The position numbers and the translations under genes are program-made. This document shows, piece after piece, positions 53,363-62,722 of a DNA stretch of 64,000 nt. This stretch comes from an uncultured Gemmatimonadales bacterium. GTDB lineage: Bacteria > Gemmatimonadota > Gemmatimonadetes > Palauibacterales > Palauibacteraceae. The stretch covers positions 672,001 through 736,000 of the forward strand of contig CAWANJ010000001.1 in the NCBI GenBank assembly GCA_963783385.1. The letters are read 5' to 3'. Position 1 is the first letter of the stretch; every line of letters begins with the position of its first letter. Below the pieces are notes generated by a model. The model had not been told where the DNA came from. It worked only from the letters and a program-made list of their open reading frames with translations, and searched no databases.

Positions 53363-55953
53363 TCACCCTTCTACCACCAGGTTGAGCAGACGGTCCGGCA
53401 CATGCACCACGTGCCGGATGGCGGCGCCCTCCACGTGGCGGCGGACGTTGTCGTCCCGCAGGGCCGCCTCGCGCACCGCCTCCTGGCTGGCCCCCCGCTC
53501 CACCCGCACCGTGCCCCGCACCTTGCCGTTCACCTGCACCGGGATCTCGACCTCGTCGGCGTGCAGCTTGTCCGGGTCGTAGGCGGGCCACACCTCGCGG
53601 GCCCGCTCGCCGCCGCTCGGGCGCGAGGCGAGCAGCCGCTCCCCGTCCCCGGCCTTCTCCCATAGCTCCTCGGCCAGGTGCGGCACCACGGGTGCGGCCA
53701 TGACGAGGAGGGGACGCACCTCGTCCAGGGTGGGCGTGCGGCCGCCGGCGCGCAGCTCGTTGAGGCACTCCATGAGGGCGGCGATGGCCGTGTTGTAGGA
53801 GAGGCGCTCGAAGTCGTCGGTGACCTGCCGGATGGTGCGGTGCACCTTGCGCTCGACCGCCTCGTCCGGGAAGCCCTCCGCCCCCGCCCCGACCGCCTCG
53901 TGCACGCTGTCCCACAGGCGGGCCAGGAAGCGCTCGATCCCCACGATCCCCTCGTCGCGGAAGTCGCCCCCCTCCTGGTAGGGACCCAGGAACATCAGGT
54001 AGGCGCGGAACACGTCCGCCCCGTGCCGGTCCATGTAGGCGTCGGGCACGACCACGTTGCCGCGCGACTTGGACATTTTGGCCCCGTCCTTGATGAGGAG
54101 GCCGTGCTTCCGGAAGCGCTGGTAGGGCTCCTCGAAGCCCACGTGTCCCGTGTCGTGGAGCACCATGGTCACGAAGCGCGAGTACAGGAGGTGGAGGACG
54201 GCGTGCTCCTCCCCGCCGATGTACATGTCCACCGGGAGCCAGCGCTCCGTGCGCGCCTCGTCGAAGGGATGGTCGGAGAAGTCCGTGCTCGGGTAGCGCA
54301 GGAAGTACCAGGCGCTGTCCAGGAAGGTGTCCGACACGTCCGTCTCCCGACGCGCCTCCCCGCCGCACTTCGGGCAGCGGGTCCGGTAGAAGGACTCGAC
54401 CCGCGCCAGGGGCGAGAGGCCCTCGTCGTCGGGGCGGAAGTTCTCCACGTACGGGAAGCTCGACCGGCAGGTCCTCCTCCGGGACCGGCACCGTCCCGCA
54501 CGCGTCGCAGTAGACGATCGGGATGGGCGGGCCCCAGTAGCGCTGGCGCGAGATGCACCAGTCGTGCAGCCGGTACTGGACGCGGGGCTCGGCCCGCTCC
54601 CGGGCCGCCAGCCACTCGATGATGGCCATGGCGCCCTGGCCCGGGCGCAGGCCGCTGAACTTCCCGGAGTTCACCAGACGCACGTCGCCCGTGTCGGCCA
54701 GCGCCTCCTCGCCCGCCTCGAGGTCGACGTGCGCCGGGTCGTCGGCCGACTCGGCCACCTCGCGCGGGGCGACCACGACCGGGATCGGAAGGCCGAACTG
54801 GCGCGCGAACTCGAAGTCGCGCTGGTCGTGGGCGGGCACCGCCATGATGGCGCCGGTACCGTACTCCATGAGCACGTAGTCGGCGATCCACACCGGCACG
54901 TCCTCGGCCGGTGGCCGGGTTTCGGGCCGTGCCGCCCGTGAACACGCCCGTCTTGGTGCGGTCGGTCTTCCGGCGCTGCACCAGGTCGGTAGCCACCACC
55001 TTCTCCCGGTACGCCTCGACCTCGGCGCGGCATTCCTCCGTGGTCAGACGGTCGACGAGCGGGTGCTCGGGGGCCAGCACCATGAAGCTGGCCCCGAACA
55101 CGGTGTCCGGCCGTGTCGTGAACACCTCGATGGCGGCGTCATCCGCGCCGGCCGCACCGCCATGCTCGCGCGCGGCGCCCGGTCCGGCCGCGCCGGCTCC
55201 CGACGCCACCTCGGCACGCGTGGGCGGAGGCGAGGTCACCGGGAAGCGCAGCAGGGCGCCCTCGGAGCGGCCGATCCAGTTCCGCTGGGCCGTCTTGGTG
55301 GTCTCCGACCAGTCGATCCAGTCGAGGTCGTCCAGGAGCCGGCCGGCGTACTCGGTGATCCTGAAGAACCACTGGCTGAGGAACCGCGTGCCGACCGGGG
55401 TGCCGCAGCGCTCGCACGCCCCGGCGATCACCTGCTCGTTGGCGAGCACGGTCTTGCAGGAGGGGCACCAGTTGACCGGCGCCTCCTTCTTCTCGGCCAG
55501 CCCCGCCTCGTACAGCTGCAGGAAGATCCACTGCGTCCAGCGGTAGTAGCCGGGGTCGGTGGTGTCGACCGTGTGGGACCAGTCGTACATGATCCCGGCC
55601 CGGTGGAGCTGGCGCGTGAAGTTCCGGATGTTGGACGGGATCAGCTCCATCGGGTGGGTGTCCACCTTCAGGGCGTAGTTCTCCGAGTGGATCCCGAACG
55701 CGTCGAAGCCGATGGGCTGGAACACCTCGTCTCCGCGCAGCCGGCGGTAGCGGCCGTACAGGTCGGCGCCCGTGAAGGCGTACAGATTGCCGACGTGCAG
55801 CCCCTCCGCGGAGGGATAGGGATACATCATCAGGTTGTAGAATGGCCGCTCGGGCGCGTCGAGGTCGGGCTCGTCGGCCCGCTCCTCGCGCCAGCGCCGC
55901 TGCCACTTCTCCTCGATCTTCTGCGGATCGTACATCGATTCCCGTTCGGTCAA
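53363..55953 (-). CDS. leuS: Leucine--tRNA ligase (apparent frameshifts ~54910 and ~54455)
   Basis: YPYPSAEGLHVGN, FTTRPDT, GTGAIMAVPAHDQRD, DWCISRQRYWG, KMSKS, VQVNGKVRG. Confidence 0.95.
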
Positions 55954-55972
55954 GCTTGCCCTGGCCCCGCGC

Positions 55973-56482
55973 TCACGCCGACCGCCGCCGCGAGCTGATC
56001 ACGCCCGTGTCGAAGCCGGCCATGTGGAGCCCGCCGTGGAAGCGGGCGTGCTCGATCTTCAAGCACCGGTCCATCACCACCTTCATCCCGGCATCCAGCG
56101 CGATCCGGGCCGCCTCGGGGCTCCAGATCCCGAGCTGCAGCCACAACGTGCCCGCGCCCACCGCGGCCGCCTCGCGGGCCACCTCCGGGCACGCCCCGGC
56201 GCGGCGGAACACGTCCACGATGTCCGGAACGACCGGGAGCGCCTCCAGGGACGGGACCACCTTCCGCCCCAGGACCTCCGTCTCGGCCGGGTTCACGAAA
56301 TACACCTCGAGGTCCGCCGCGGCCGAGCTGGTCAGGTAGGTGGCCACGAAGTGGCTGGCCCGCTCGGGCTTCGAGGACACGCCCACCATGGCCACGGTGC
56401 GGGCGGCCTGGAGGATGGCCAGCCGCTCGCGCGCGGTGGGCTCCGTCCACCCCTCGACGGGGGTGTGGGCGATCATGGTCAC
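55973..56482 (-). CDS. CoA-binding domain protein (YccU-like)
   Basis: VAMVGVSSKPERASH, VNP, DIVDVFR, WLQLGI, MDRCLKIEH. Confidence 0.88.
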   Translation of the reverse strand: MTMIAHTPVEGWTEPTARERLAILQAARTVAMVGVSSKPERASHFVATYLTSSAAADLEVYFVNPAETEVLGRKVVPSLEALPVVPDIVDVFRRAGACPEVAREAAAVGAGTLWLQLGIWSPEAARIALDAGMKVVMDRCLKIEHARFHGGLHMAGFDTGVISSRRRSA

Positions 56483-56516
56483 GGGCGCGCCTCCGGCGGC
56501 CGCACGGCGCGTCCGC

Positions 56517-57854
56517 TCACGACGCCATCCCGAGCGCGCGGTCCAGGTCCCAGAGGATGTCGTCGATGTCCTCGAGGCCGATCGAGATGCGCACCATGTC
56601 CGGCGTGACCCCCGTCGCCAGCAGGTCGTCGTCGGAGAGCTGCTGGTGGGTGGTCGAGGCCGGGTGGATGACCAGCGTGCGGACGTCCCCCACGTTGGCC
56701 AGGTGGCTGATCATCGACAGCGACTCGATGAAGCGCGCCCCCGCCTCGCGGCCCCCGGCCACGCCGAAGGTGAAGATCCCGCCGCCCGGCCCGTTCGGCA
56801 TGTAGCGCAGCGCGAGCTCGTGGTCGGGCGAGTCGGGCAGCCCGGCGTAGCGCACCCAGGCGACCCCGGGGTGCTCGGACAGCCACTCGGCCACCGCCGT
56901 CGCGCCGCGCACGTGCGCGTCCATGCGCACCGGCAGCGTCTCGAGCCCCTGCAGGAACATGAACGCGTTGAAGGGGGAGAGGCAGGCGCCGATGTCGCGG
57001 AGCTGCTCGGCGCGGAGCTTCGTGCAGAAGGCGTACTCGCCGAAGTTCCCCCACCAGCGGAGGTCCCTGTAGCTGGGGATCTCCTCGGTCAGGTGCGGGA
57101 AGCGCCCCGAGTCCCACGGGAAGGTCCCCGACTCGACCGCCACCCCCCCGATCGTGGTGCCGTTGCCGGCGATGTACTTGGTGGCCGAGTGCACCACGAT
57201 GTCCGCCCCGTGCTCGATGGGGCGGCACAGGTAGGGGCTGGCGAAGGTGTTGTCCACCACGAGCGGGAGGCCGTCGGCGTGCGCCATCTCGGCGAGGGGG
57301 GCCAGGTCGGCCATGGCGCCCGACGGGTTCCCGATCGTCTCGGTGTAGACGAGCTTCGTCTCGGGCCGCACCTGGCTCGCGAACGCGTCCGGATCCCGGC
57401 CGTCCACGAACGTGCAGTCGATCCCCAGGCGGCGGAGGGTGACGTTGAACTGGTTGTAGGTGCCGCCGTACAGGGCCGAGCTGGCCAGGATGTGGTCTCC
57501 CGCGTCGGCGAGAGCCGCCACGACGAGGAACTCGGCCGCCTGCCCGCTGGCCGCGGCCACGCCCCCGATCCCCCCCTCCAGGCTGGCCATGCGCTCCTCG
57601 AACGCCGACACGGTGGGGTTCGAGATACGGGTGTAGATGTGCCCGTACTTCTGGAGCGCGAACAGGTCGGCCGCGTCCTTCGTGTCCTCGAACACGAAGG
57701 ACGTGGTCTGGTAGATCGGGACGTTGCGGGCGCCGGTCGTGGGGTCGGGGCGCGCCCCGGCGTGGATGGCCCGCGTGCGGAAGCCCCACGCCCGGTCCTG
57801 GGGGGCTCCGGAGCCCGCGCCGCGCTCGCCTGTGCCGGAAGGTCCGCTCACCAC
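56517..57854 (-). CDS. metY: O-acetylhomoserine aminocarboxypropyltransferase / cysteine synthase
   Basis: PIYQTTSF, YTRISNPT, DNTF, HSATKY, HLANVGD, HPASTTHQQL, RISIGLE. Confidence 0.9.
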   Translation of the reverse strand: MVSGPSGTGERGAGSGAPQDRAWGFRTRAIHAGARPDPTTGARNVPIYQTTSFVFEDTKDAADLFALQKYGHIYTRISNPTVSAFEERMASLEGGIGGVAAASGQAAEFLVVAALADAGDHILASSALYGGTYNQFNVTLRRLGIDCTFVDGRDPDAFASQVRPETKLVYTETIGNPSGAMADLAPLAEMAHADGLPLVVDNTFASPYLCRPIEHGADIVVHSATKYIAGNGTTIGGVAVESGTFPWDSGRFPHLTEEIPSYRDLRWWGNFGEYAFCTKLRAEQLRDIGACLSPFNAFMFLQGLETLPVRMDAHVRGATAVAEWLSEHPGVAWVRYAGLPDSPDHELALRYMPNGPGGGIFTFGVAGGREAGARFIESLSMISHLANVGDVRTLVIHPASTTHQQLSDDDLLATGVTPDMVRISIGLEDIDDILWDLDRALGMAS

Positions 57855-57957
57855 ATCTCCTCGGAAGTCTCGCCCGGGTCGGGCCGAACGGGAACCGCCA
57901 ACCTGCCGCCGGCCGGCGGAGGCTGCAAGCCGGGACCGCGTCCCGGGGAGGGGGCCC

Positions 57958-58740
57958 TCACGCCCCGGCGTGCGCCGCCAGGAACCAGCCCACCGCAGCA
58001 CCCGCGCAGGTGCCGGCCAGATTGACCACGTCGTTCCCCACCCACCGCACGCGCCGCTCCAGCGTGGCGCCGAGGAGGGAGTCGACCGACATCCCCGTCG
58101 CCCCCGCCACCAGCGAGGCGAGGGCGGCGCGGGGCGCGGGCGGGCCGCCCAGGGCGCCCCACAGGAGCCCGAGGGCGACCGCTCCGGCCAGCCCGGCCGC
58201 CGTCCCGGCCACGGACAGACCGCCCGAGTGGCCGGGCGACACCCGCTCGCCGGTGGTGATGAGCCAGGTCGGCCCGGCCGCCGTGCGCCCGAGCTCCGAG
58301 GCCCAGGTGTCCGCAGTGGCCGCGGCCAGGGCGCCGGCCACCGCGCCCACCGCGGCCGCGATCCCGAAGGCGCCGGCCACCAGCGCGGCCACGGAGGCCG
58401 CCGCCCCGTTGGCCAGCACCTGCCGCCCGTTCCGTGGAGAGCGGTGGTGGGGGACACGGCGATGGTAGTCGGCCCGCGCCCGCCAGCGCCGCAGGCGCGT
58501 CAAAGCCGACGAAGTCACGAAGAAGAACAGGAGGAGGCCGACGCCGGCCGGGCCGGCGCCCCACCACACCGCCGCGCCGACCAGCGCCGCCACCGGCAGC
58601 GCCCCCCAGGTGAGCCACGCGCGGCCCCAGGCCAGCCCCAGGCTGCCGAGCGCCGCCGCCAGGACCACGCCGTCCGCCGGGCTCAGGCTGGCCTCCGGGC
58701 CGGAGCTTGCCGCCGGACGGTGGGGGGCATAGCCTTCCAA
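57958..58740 (-). CDS. DUF92 membrane protein
   Basis: FFVTSSALT, RNGRQVLANG, ADTWASELG, G.SGGLS..GT, DSLLGATLE, NDVVN. Confidence 0.85.
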   Translation of the reverse strand: MEGYAPHRPAASSGPEASLSPADGVVLAAALGSLGLAWGRAWLTWGALPVAALVGAAVWWGAGPAGVGLLLFFFVTSSALTRLRRWRARADYHRRVPHHRSPRNGRQVLANGAAASVAALVAGAFGIAAAVGAVAGALAAATADTWASELGRTAAGPTWLITTGERVSPGHSGGLSVAGTAAGLAGAVALGLLWGALGGPPAPRAALASLVAGATGMSVDSLLGATLERRVRWVGNDVVNLAGTCAGAAVGWFLAAHAGA

Positions 58741-58745
58741 CCGCC

Positions 58746-59408
58746 ATGACCGAAGGCCCTTCCCGCGCCCCGAACCCGCTCGAAGAGATCAGCGCCTCGC
58801 CCCTCGTGGCCCTGGCGCTGCTGGAAGCCATGCGCTCGGCGGACACGCCGATCGAGACCCTCGAGGACGAGAATGTCCAGCGCAGCCTTCCGCGCCGCTT
58901 CGGCCTGAGTGACGTGGTCGAGGGCCAGATCCGCCGCTTCGGCGAGCTCACCGACCGCGGCGGCACGACGCACGCCCAGCAGCTGGCCGACCTGTTCGCG
59001 CTGGTGGACCGGCGCACCGACGCGCCGATCGTGTTCGGGCGGGCGGGACGGTGGCTGGTAGCTCACGAGGTGACCCGGGGCAAGGAGCGCGCCGGGGTGG
59101 CCCGGCTCCCGATCCCGGGGGCCATGCGGCGGCGCCTGGCCCTGCGCTCGGCGCGCAGCGTGGCGACCCTGGTGAGCCCCGGCTCGGTGGTCGCCACCGA
59201 GCGCGACCCGATGGCCCTGTCGGTGGCCGGCTGCCTGCCCGCATACGCGTGCGGGACCTCCACGGGATGCCAGCTCATCACGGCCGCCTTCGCCGCCGCG
59301 CTCGCCGCGTTCGACGTGGAGGAGGCCCGCGACGACCGGGACCCCGTGTCCCACCCGCTGTGCGAGTCGCGGGGCGACGCGGCCTGCATCTGGCGCGTCT
59401 CGGAGTGA
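58746..59408 (+). CDS. Hypothetical protein with V4R-like C-terminus
   Basis: HPLCESRGDAACIWRV resembles the V4R C-x2/3-G-x3-C motif; additional upstream cysteines. Confidence 0.6.
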   Translation: MTEGPSRAPNPLEEISASPLVALALLEAMRSADTPIETLEDENVQRSLPRRFGLSDVVEGQIRRFGELTDRGGTTHAQQLADLFALVDRRTDAPIVFGRAGRWLVAHEVTRGKERAGVARLPIPGAMRRRLALRSARSVATLVSPGSVVATERDPMALSVAGCLPAYACGTSTGCQLITAAFAAALAAFDVEEARDDRDPVSHPLCESRGDAACIWRVSE

Positions 59409-59424
59409 GCCGCCGGCCGCGCGG

Positions 59425-60402
59425 CTAGCCGCGGTCCGGGGGCGCCCCCCGGGGGTCCGCCGGCTCGGCGGCCGGCTCCACGTGCACGGTGACGCCCGAG
59501 AAGCCCCCTTCCTCCTCCAGCAGCCGCTCCACCCGGTCCGCCACCTCGTGCGCCTCCCGCACGCCCGCTTCCGGGTCCACGTGGATGGTGAGCTCGGCGA
59601 ACGCCTCGCCCGGTCGGCCGCGCGAGCGGATCCCCGACGCCTGCCGCACCCCGTCCTGCTGCGTCACCAGGGCCCGGATGCGGTCGGGATGGACGGCGCG
59701 GCGGTCGACCAGGATCGGCACGGTGTCCCGGAGGATCTGGTAGCCCGAATAGGCGATGAGCACGACCACGACGAGGGCGAGCCACGCGTCGCCCTGCGTC
59801 CAGCCGCGGGCGACCAGCACCAGGCCGCCGAGCACGGCCGTCGTGATGAGCACGTCGGCCCCCGTGTGGCGCGCGTCCGCCTGGAGGATCTCGCTCTCCA
59901 GCTTCCGGCCCATGCGCTGCTCGGTGAGCGTGACCGCGACGTTCACGGCCATGGTCCCGCCCAGGATCCAGAAGGTGCCGGCCTCGAGGTGAGGCGGGGG
60001 CGCCCCGGAGAGCAGGCGGGCGACCGCGGCGCGGGCCACTTCGAAACAGGTGATGGACAGGAAGCTTACGATGGCCAGGGCGCCCAGCGTCTCGAACTTG
60101 CCGTGGCCGTAGGGGTGCTCGGCGTCGGCGGGCGCGGCCGCGATCCACACGGCCATGAGGGCGACGACGTTGTTGAAGGCGTCCAGCCCCGAGTCGGCCG
60201 CGATCCCGAGGACCGCCATGGAGCCGGAGTGGAGGCCCGCCGCCAGCTTGGCCGCCACCACCACCAGGTTGGCCACCAGGATCCAGGCCAGGACGAGGTT
60301 CACCCTGCCGCGCCGCTCGCGCGCGTTCCCCTCGCCGGCGCCGCGCCGCTCGGCCGCGCTCCGGCGCCGTTTCCCTTCGGTGGCCGATCGGACGGACGTC
60401 AG
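59425..60402 (-). CDS. Cation diffusion facilitator (FieF-like); start GTG 60303 or CTG 60402
   Basis: DAEHPYGHGKFE, ADARHTGAD, EAHEVAD, VTVHVEP. Confidence 0.9.
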   Translation of the reverse strand: MTSVRSATEGKRRRSAAERRGAGEGNARERRGRVNLVLAWILVANLVVVAAKLAAGLHSGSMAVLGIAADSGLDAFNNVVALMAVWIAAAPADAEHPYGHGKFETLGALAIVSFLSITCFEVARAAVARLLSGAPPPHLEAGTFWILGGTMAVNVAVTLTEQRMGRKLESEILQADARHTGADVLITTAVLGGLVLVARGWTQGDAWLALVVVVLIAYSGYQILRDTVPILVDRRAVHPDRIRALVTQQDGVRQASGIRSRGRPGEAFAELTIHVDPEAGVREAHEVADRVERLLEEEGGFSGVTVHVEPAAEPADPRGAPPDRG

Positions 60403-60596
60403 TCGATCTCCTTCTTCCCGCGGCCGTCGAGGATCGTCACCACCCAGTCGGCGAAGATCTCCGACGGCGAGCGGCGGCGGGCGGTGGACTCGTGCCTGTC
60501 ATACAGGCCCGGGTAGCCCAGCCCCACCCACAATCCGAAGGCGAGGGCCAGCACCATGGGGGCGATGATGAGGAAGACCTGTACCCGCTCGCTCAT
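60399..60596 (-). CDS. Small single-TM hypothetical protein
   Basis: 65 aa, GGGAG SD, one TM helix. Confidence 0.6.
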   Translation of the reverse strand: MSERVQVFLIIAPMVLALAFGLWVGLGYPGLYDRHESTARRRSPSEIFADWVVTILDGRGKKEID

Positions 60597-60692
60597 GGTC
60601 GTCGACTCCCGGTCCCTACTGGAATTGGCGTACGGCTCCCCGTTCGGGCAAGGCGGCGGGCCCCGCCCGGAGCGCGCCGCGCGCCCCCCGGC

Positions 60693-61334
60693 TCACACCC
60701 CGCGCGTCGCCGGGTCCCAGATGAACTTGTGGATCTGGAGGTTGAGTCGGGCCGGAAGCCCGTCCTCCAGCATCCACTCCGCCAGCTCGCGCGGCTCCAT
60801 CTCCCCGAAGGAGGGGGACAGGTGTAGTACGAACCGTCCTAAATCGCGTTCCTCGACCTGGCGCCGGACCCACTCGTAGTCGGCCCGGTCGAGGACGACG
60901 AACTTGAGCTCGTCGCGGGCCGAATCGAGGCGGGCGAGGTTGGACCAGTCGTTGGACTCCGCCTCACCGCTCCCCGGGCACTTGACGTCCATGATCTTGA
61001 CCACCGCCTCCGGCACCCGGTCCACCGGGACGCTGCCGCTCGTCTCGCACAGGACCGTGTAGCCCGCGTCCAGGAGCCGCCGCGCCAGCTCGCCAATGTC
61101 GTGCTGGAGGAGCGGCTCGCCTCCCGTGAGCTCGACCAGCCGGCACCCGCCGCCCAGGCGGCCGACCTCGGCCACGATCTCGTCCACCGACAGCTCCTCG
61201 CCCCCGTGGAAGGCGTAGGCCGTGTCGCACCACACGCACCGGAGGTTGCAGCCGGTGGTGCGAACGAAGATGCAGGGCCGGCCGGCGTAGCTGGACTCGC
61301 CCTGGATGGACAGGAAGATCTCGGTGATGCGCAT
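60693..61334 (-). CDS. queE: 7-carboxy-7-deazaguanine synthase (radical SAM)
   Basis: EIFLSIQGE, CNLRCVWCDT, TGGEPLLQ, ETSG, LQIHK. Confidence 0.9.
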   Translation of the reverse strand: MRITEIFLSIQGESSYAGRPCIFVRTTGCNLRCVWCDTAYAFHGGEELSVDEIVAEVGRLGGGCRLVELTGGEPLLQHDIGELARRLLDAGYTVLCETSGSVPVDRVPEAVVKIMDVKCPGSGEAESNDWSNLARLDSARDELKFVVLDRADYEWVRRQVEERDLGRFVLHLSPSFGEMEPRELAEWMLEDGLPARLNLQIHKFIWDPATRGV

Positions 61335-61417
61335 CGAGGGAAATTACCCGCCCGCGGCGGCGGCGGTCCCGGGCGGCAGGGTGGGGGCCCTCCCGCGACT
61401 ATCGAGACAAGCCATGG

Positions 61418-61510
61418 CTTGCATCCGCCTCACATATTGACAAGCTATTACTTGCGCACATCCCAACAAGACGCTATCTATACCTTGCGCGTATAGCACA
61501 TATGCGCAAG
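61418..61510. promoter_or_regulatory. AT-rich control region with CTTG...CAAG inverted repeats
   Basis: CTTGCGCGTAT-N5-ATATGCGCAAG (61484-61510), half-site CTTGCGCACAT (61451), TTGACA at 61437. Confidence 0.65.
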
Positions 61511-61565
61511 CCATCACTTGCTCCCATCAGGACCCGGCGTCTGGAATCATTCAGGACACGACACG

Positions 61566-62048
61566 ATGACTGATGCACAGAACCCTGTACGAGAGCTGGC
61601 TCGCCGACAACTCGACCAGCGACTGGAGCGCGTACGAGACGTCCTGCCCGATCTCCGCGCACCGGGGGGCGGATGGATCGGTACCCTGCGGTCCGCCCTC
61701 GGGATGAGCCAGGAGGACCTGGCGCGACGCCTGGGAGTGACGCGTCAAGCGATCAGCCAGCTCGAGCACCGAGAGGTGGAGGGGTCCGCCACCCTGAACG
61801 CCCTCAAGGCGGCGGCAGAAGCCCTCGAAGGCGAGCTCGCGTACACCATCGTGCCCGCGCGCTCCATCCAGGAGACACTGGAGGCGCGCGCCCGGGATCT
61901 CGCGCTCGGCATGCTCGAGTCGGTCCGCCATACGATGCGGTTGGAGGACCAGGAGCCCGACGTGGACCTCGAGGCACGTCTCGAACGACTGACGAACGAG
62001 CTGCTCGCCTCGCCGGAGAAGCTCTGGTCGCAGCCGGATGACGCCTGA
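61566..62048 (+). CDS. Mobile mystery protein A (Xre HTH)
   Basis: GGWIGTLRSALGMSQEDLARRLGV..E..E..GSATL..L..AAEAL...YTIVP..HTMRLEDQ..LW; overlaps protein B. Confidence 0.88.
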   Translation: MTDAQNPVRELARRQLDQRLERVRDVLPDLRAPGGGWIGTLRSALGMSQEDLARRLGVTRQAISQLEHREVEGSATLNALKAAAEALEGELAYTIVPARSIQETLEARARDLALGMLESVRHTMRLEDQEPDVDLEARLERLTNELLASPEKLWSQPDDA

Positions 62049-62634
62049 CCTTCCACAGGGGACCACTCCCCTGGATCCGGACGAGGCCGAGGGCCTGCGG
62101 TTTCCGCACGTGAGGACGCGCCGTGAGCTCGACGAGCTGGAGGAGGCGAACGTCCAGTCGGGCCTCGAGTGGGCCCGCGACCGGGCCGTGATGGGGAGGC
62201 GTACGACGGACGTGCTTAGCGAGGAATTCCTTTACGAGCTGCACCGGAGAATGTTCGGGGAGGTGTGGGACTGGGCCGGGGCGTCACGCCGAACCGACAA
62301 GAACATCGGAATCGACAAGTTCGAGGTTCCGCAGGAGGTCCGAAAGCTGATCCAGGACGCGCGCCACTGGCGAGAGCACCGCGTCTACGACGCCGACGAA
62401 CTCGCGGTCCGGCTGCATCATCGACTCACGCAAATCCACCCGTTCCCCAACGGCAACGGACGCCACGCCCGGATGATGGCGGACCTGGTCGCGCAGCAGC
62501 TCGGACGCCCGTCCTTCTCGTGGGGAGGACGCAGCCTCACCACGACGTCGGAGCTTCGGCGATCCTACATCGCGGCATTGCAGGAGGCCGACGGCGGCGA
62601 CCTCGACCCCCTGATCTCGTTCGCCCGCTCCTGA
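62038..62634 (+). CDS. Mobile mystery protein B (Fic domain)
   Basis: GTTPLDPDE, LHRRMFGEVWDWAG..R..KNIG, HPFPNGNGRHAR, YIAALQEAD..L..FARS. Confidence 0.9.
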   Translation: MTPDLPQGTTPLDPDEAEGLRFPHVRTRRELDELEEANVQSGLEWARDRAVMGRRTTDVLSEEFLYELHRRMFGEVWDWAGASRRTDKNIGIDKFEVPQEVRKLIQDARHWREHRVYDADELAVRLHHRLTQIHPFPNGNGRHARMMADLVAQQLGRPSFSWGGRSLTTTSELRRSYIAALQEADGGDLDPLISFARS

Positions 62635-62722
62635 CGCTTCTGAGGCCGACCTGCGCTCGGGGGCGATCGGCCTCCGGCTGCAATAGCGCCGGGCGCCGAC
62701 GTGCGGCCGACCGTCCGCTCCC

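Noticed and set aside
55802-55815. CCCTCCGCGGAGGG palindrome in leuS as another HNH-type site
   Set aside because: Lacks the outer GT...AC arms and is dictated by conserved PSAEG. With the all-GC palindrome at 6070-6087, it shows background palindromes occur, so a statistical control is needed.
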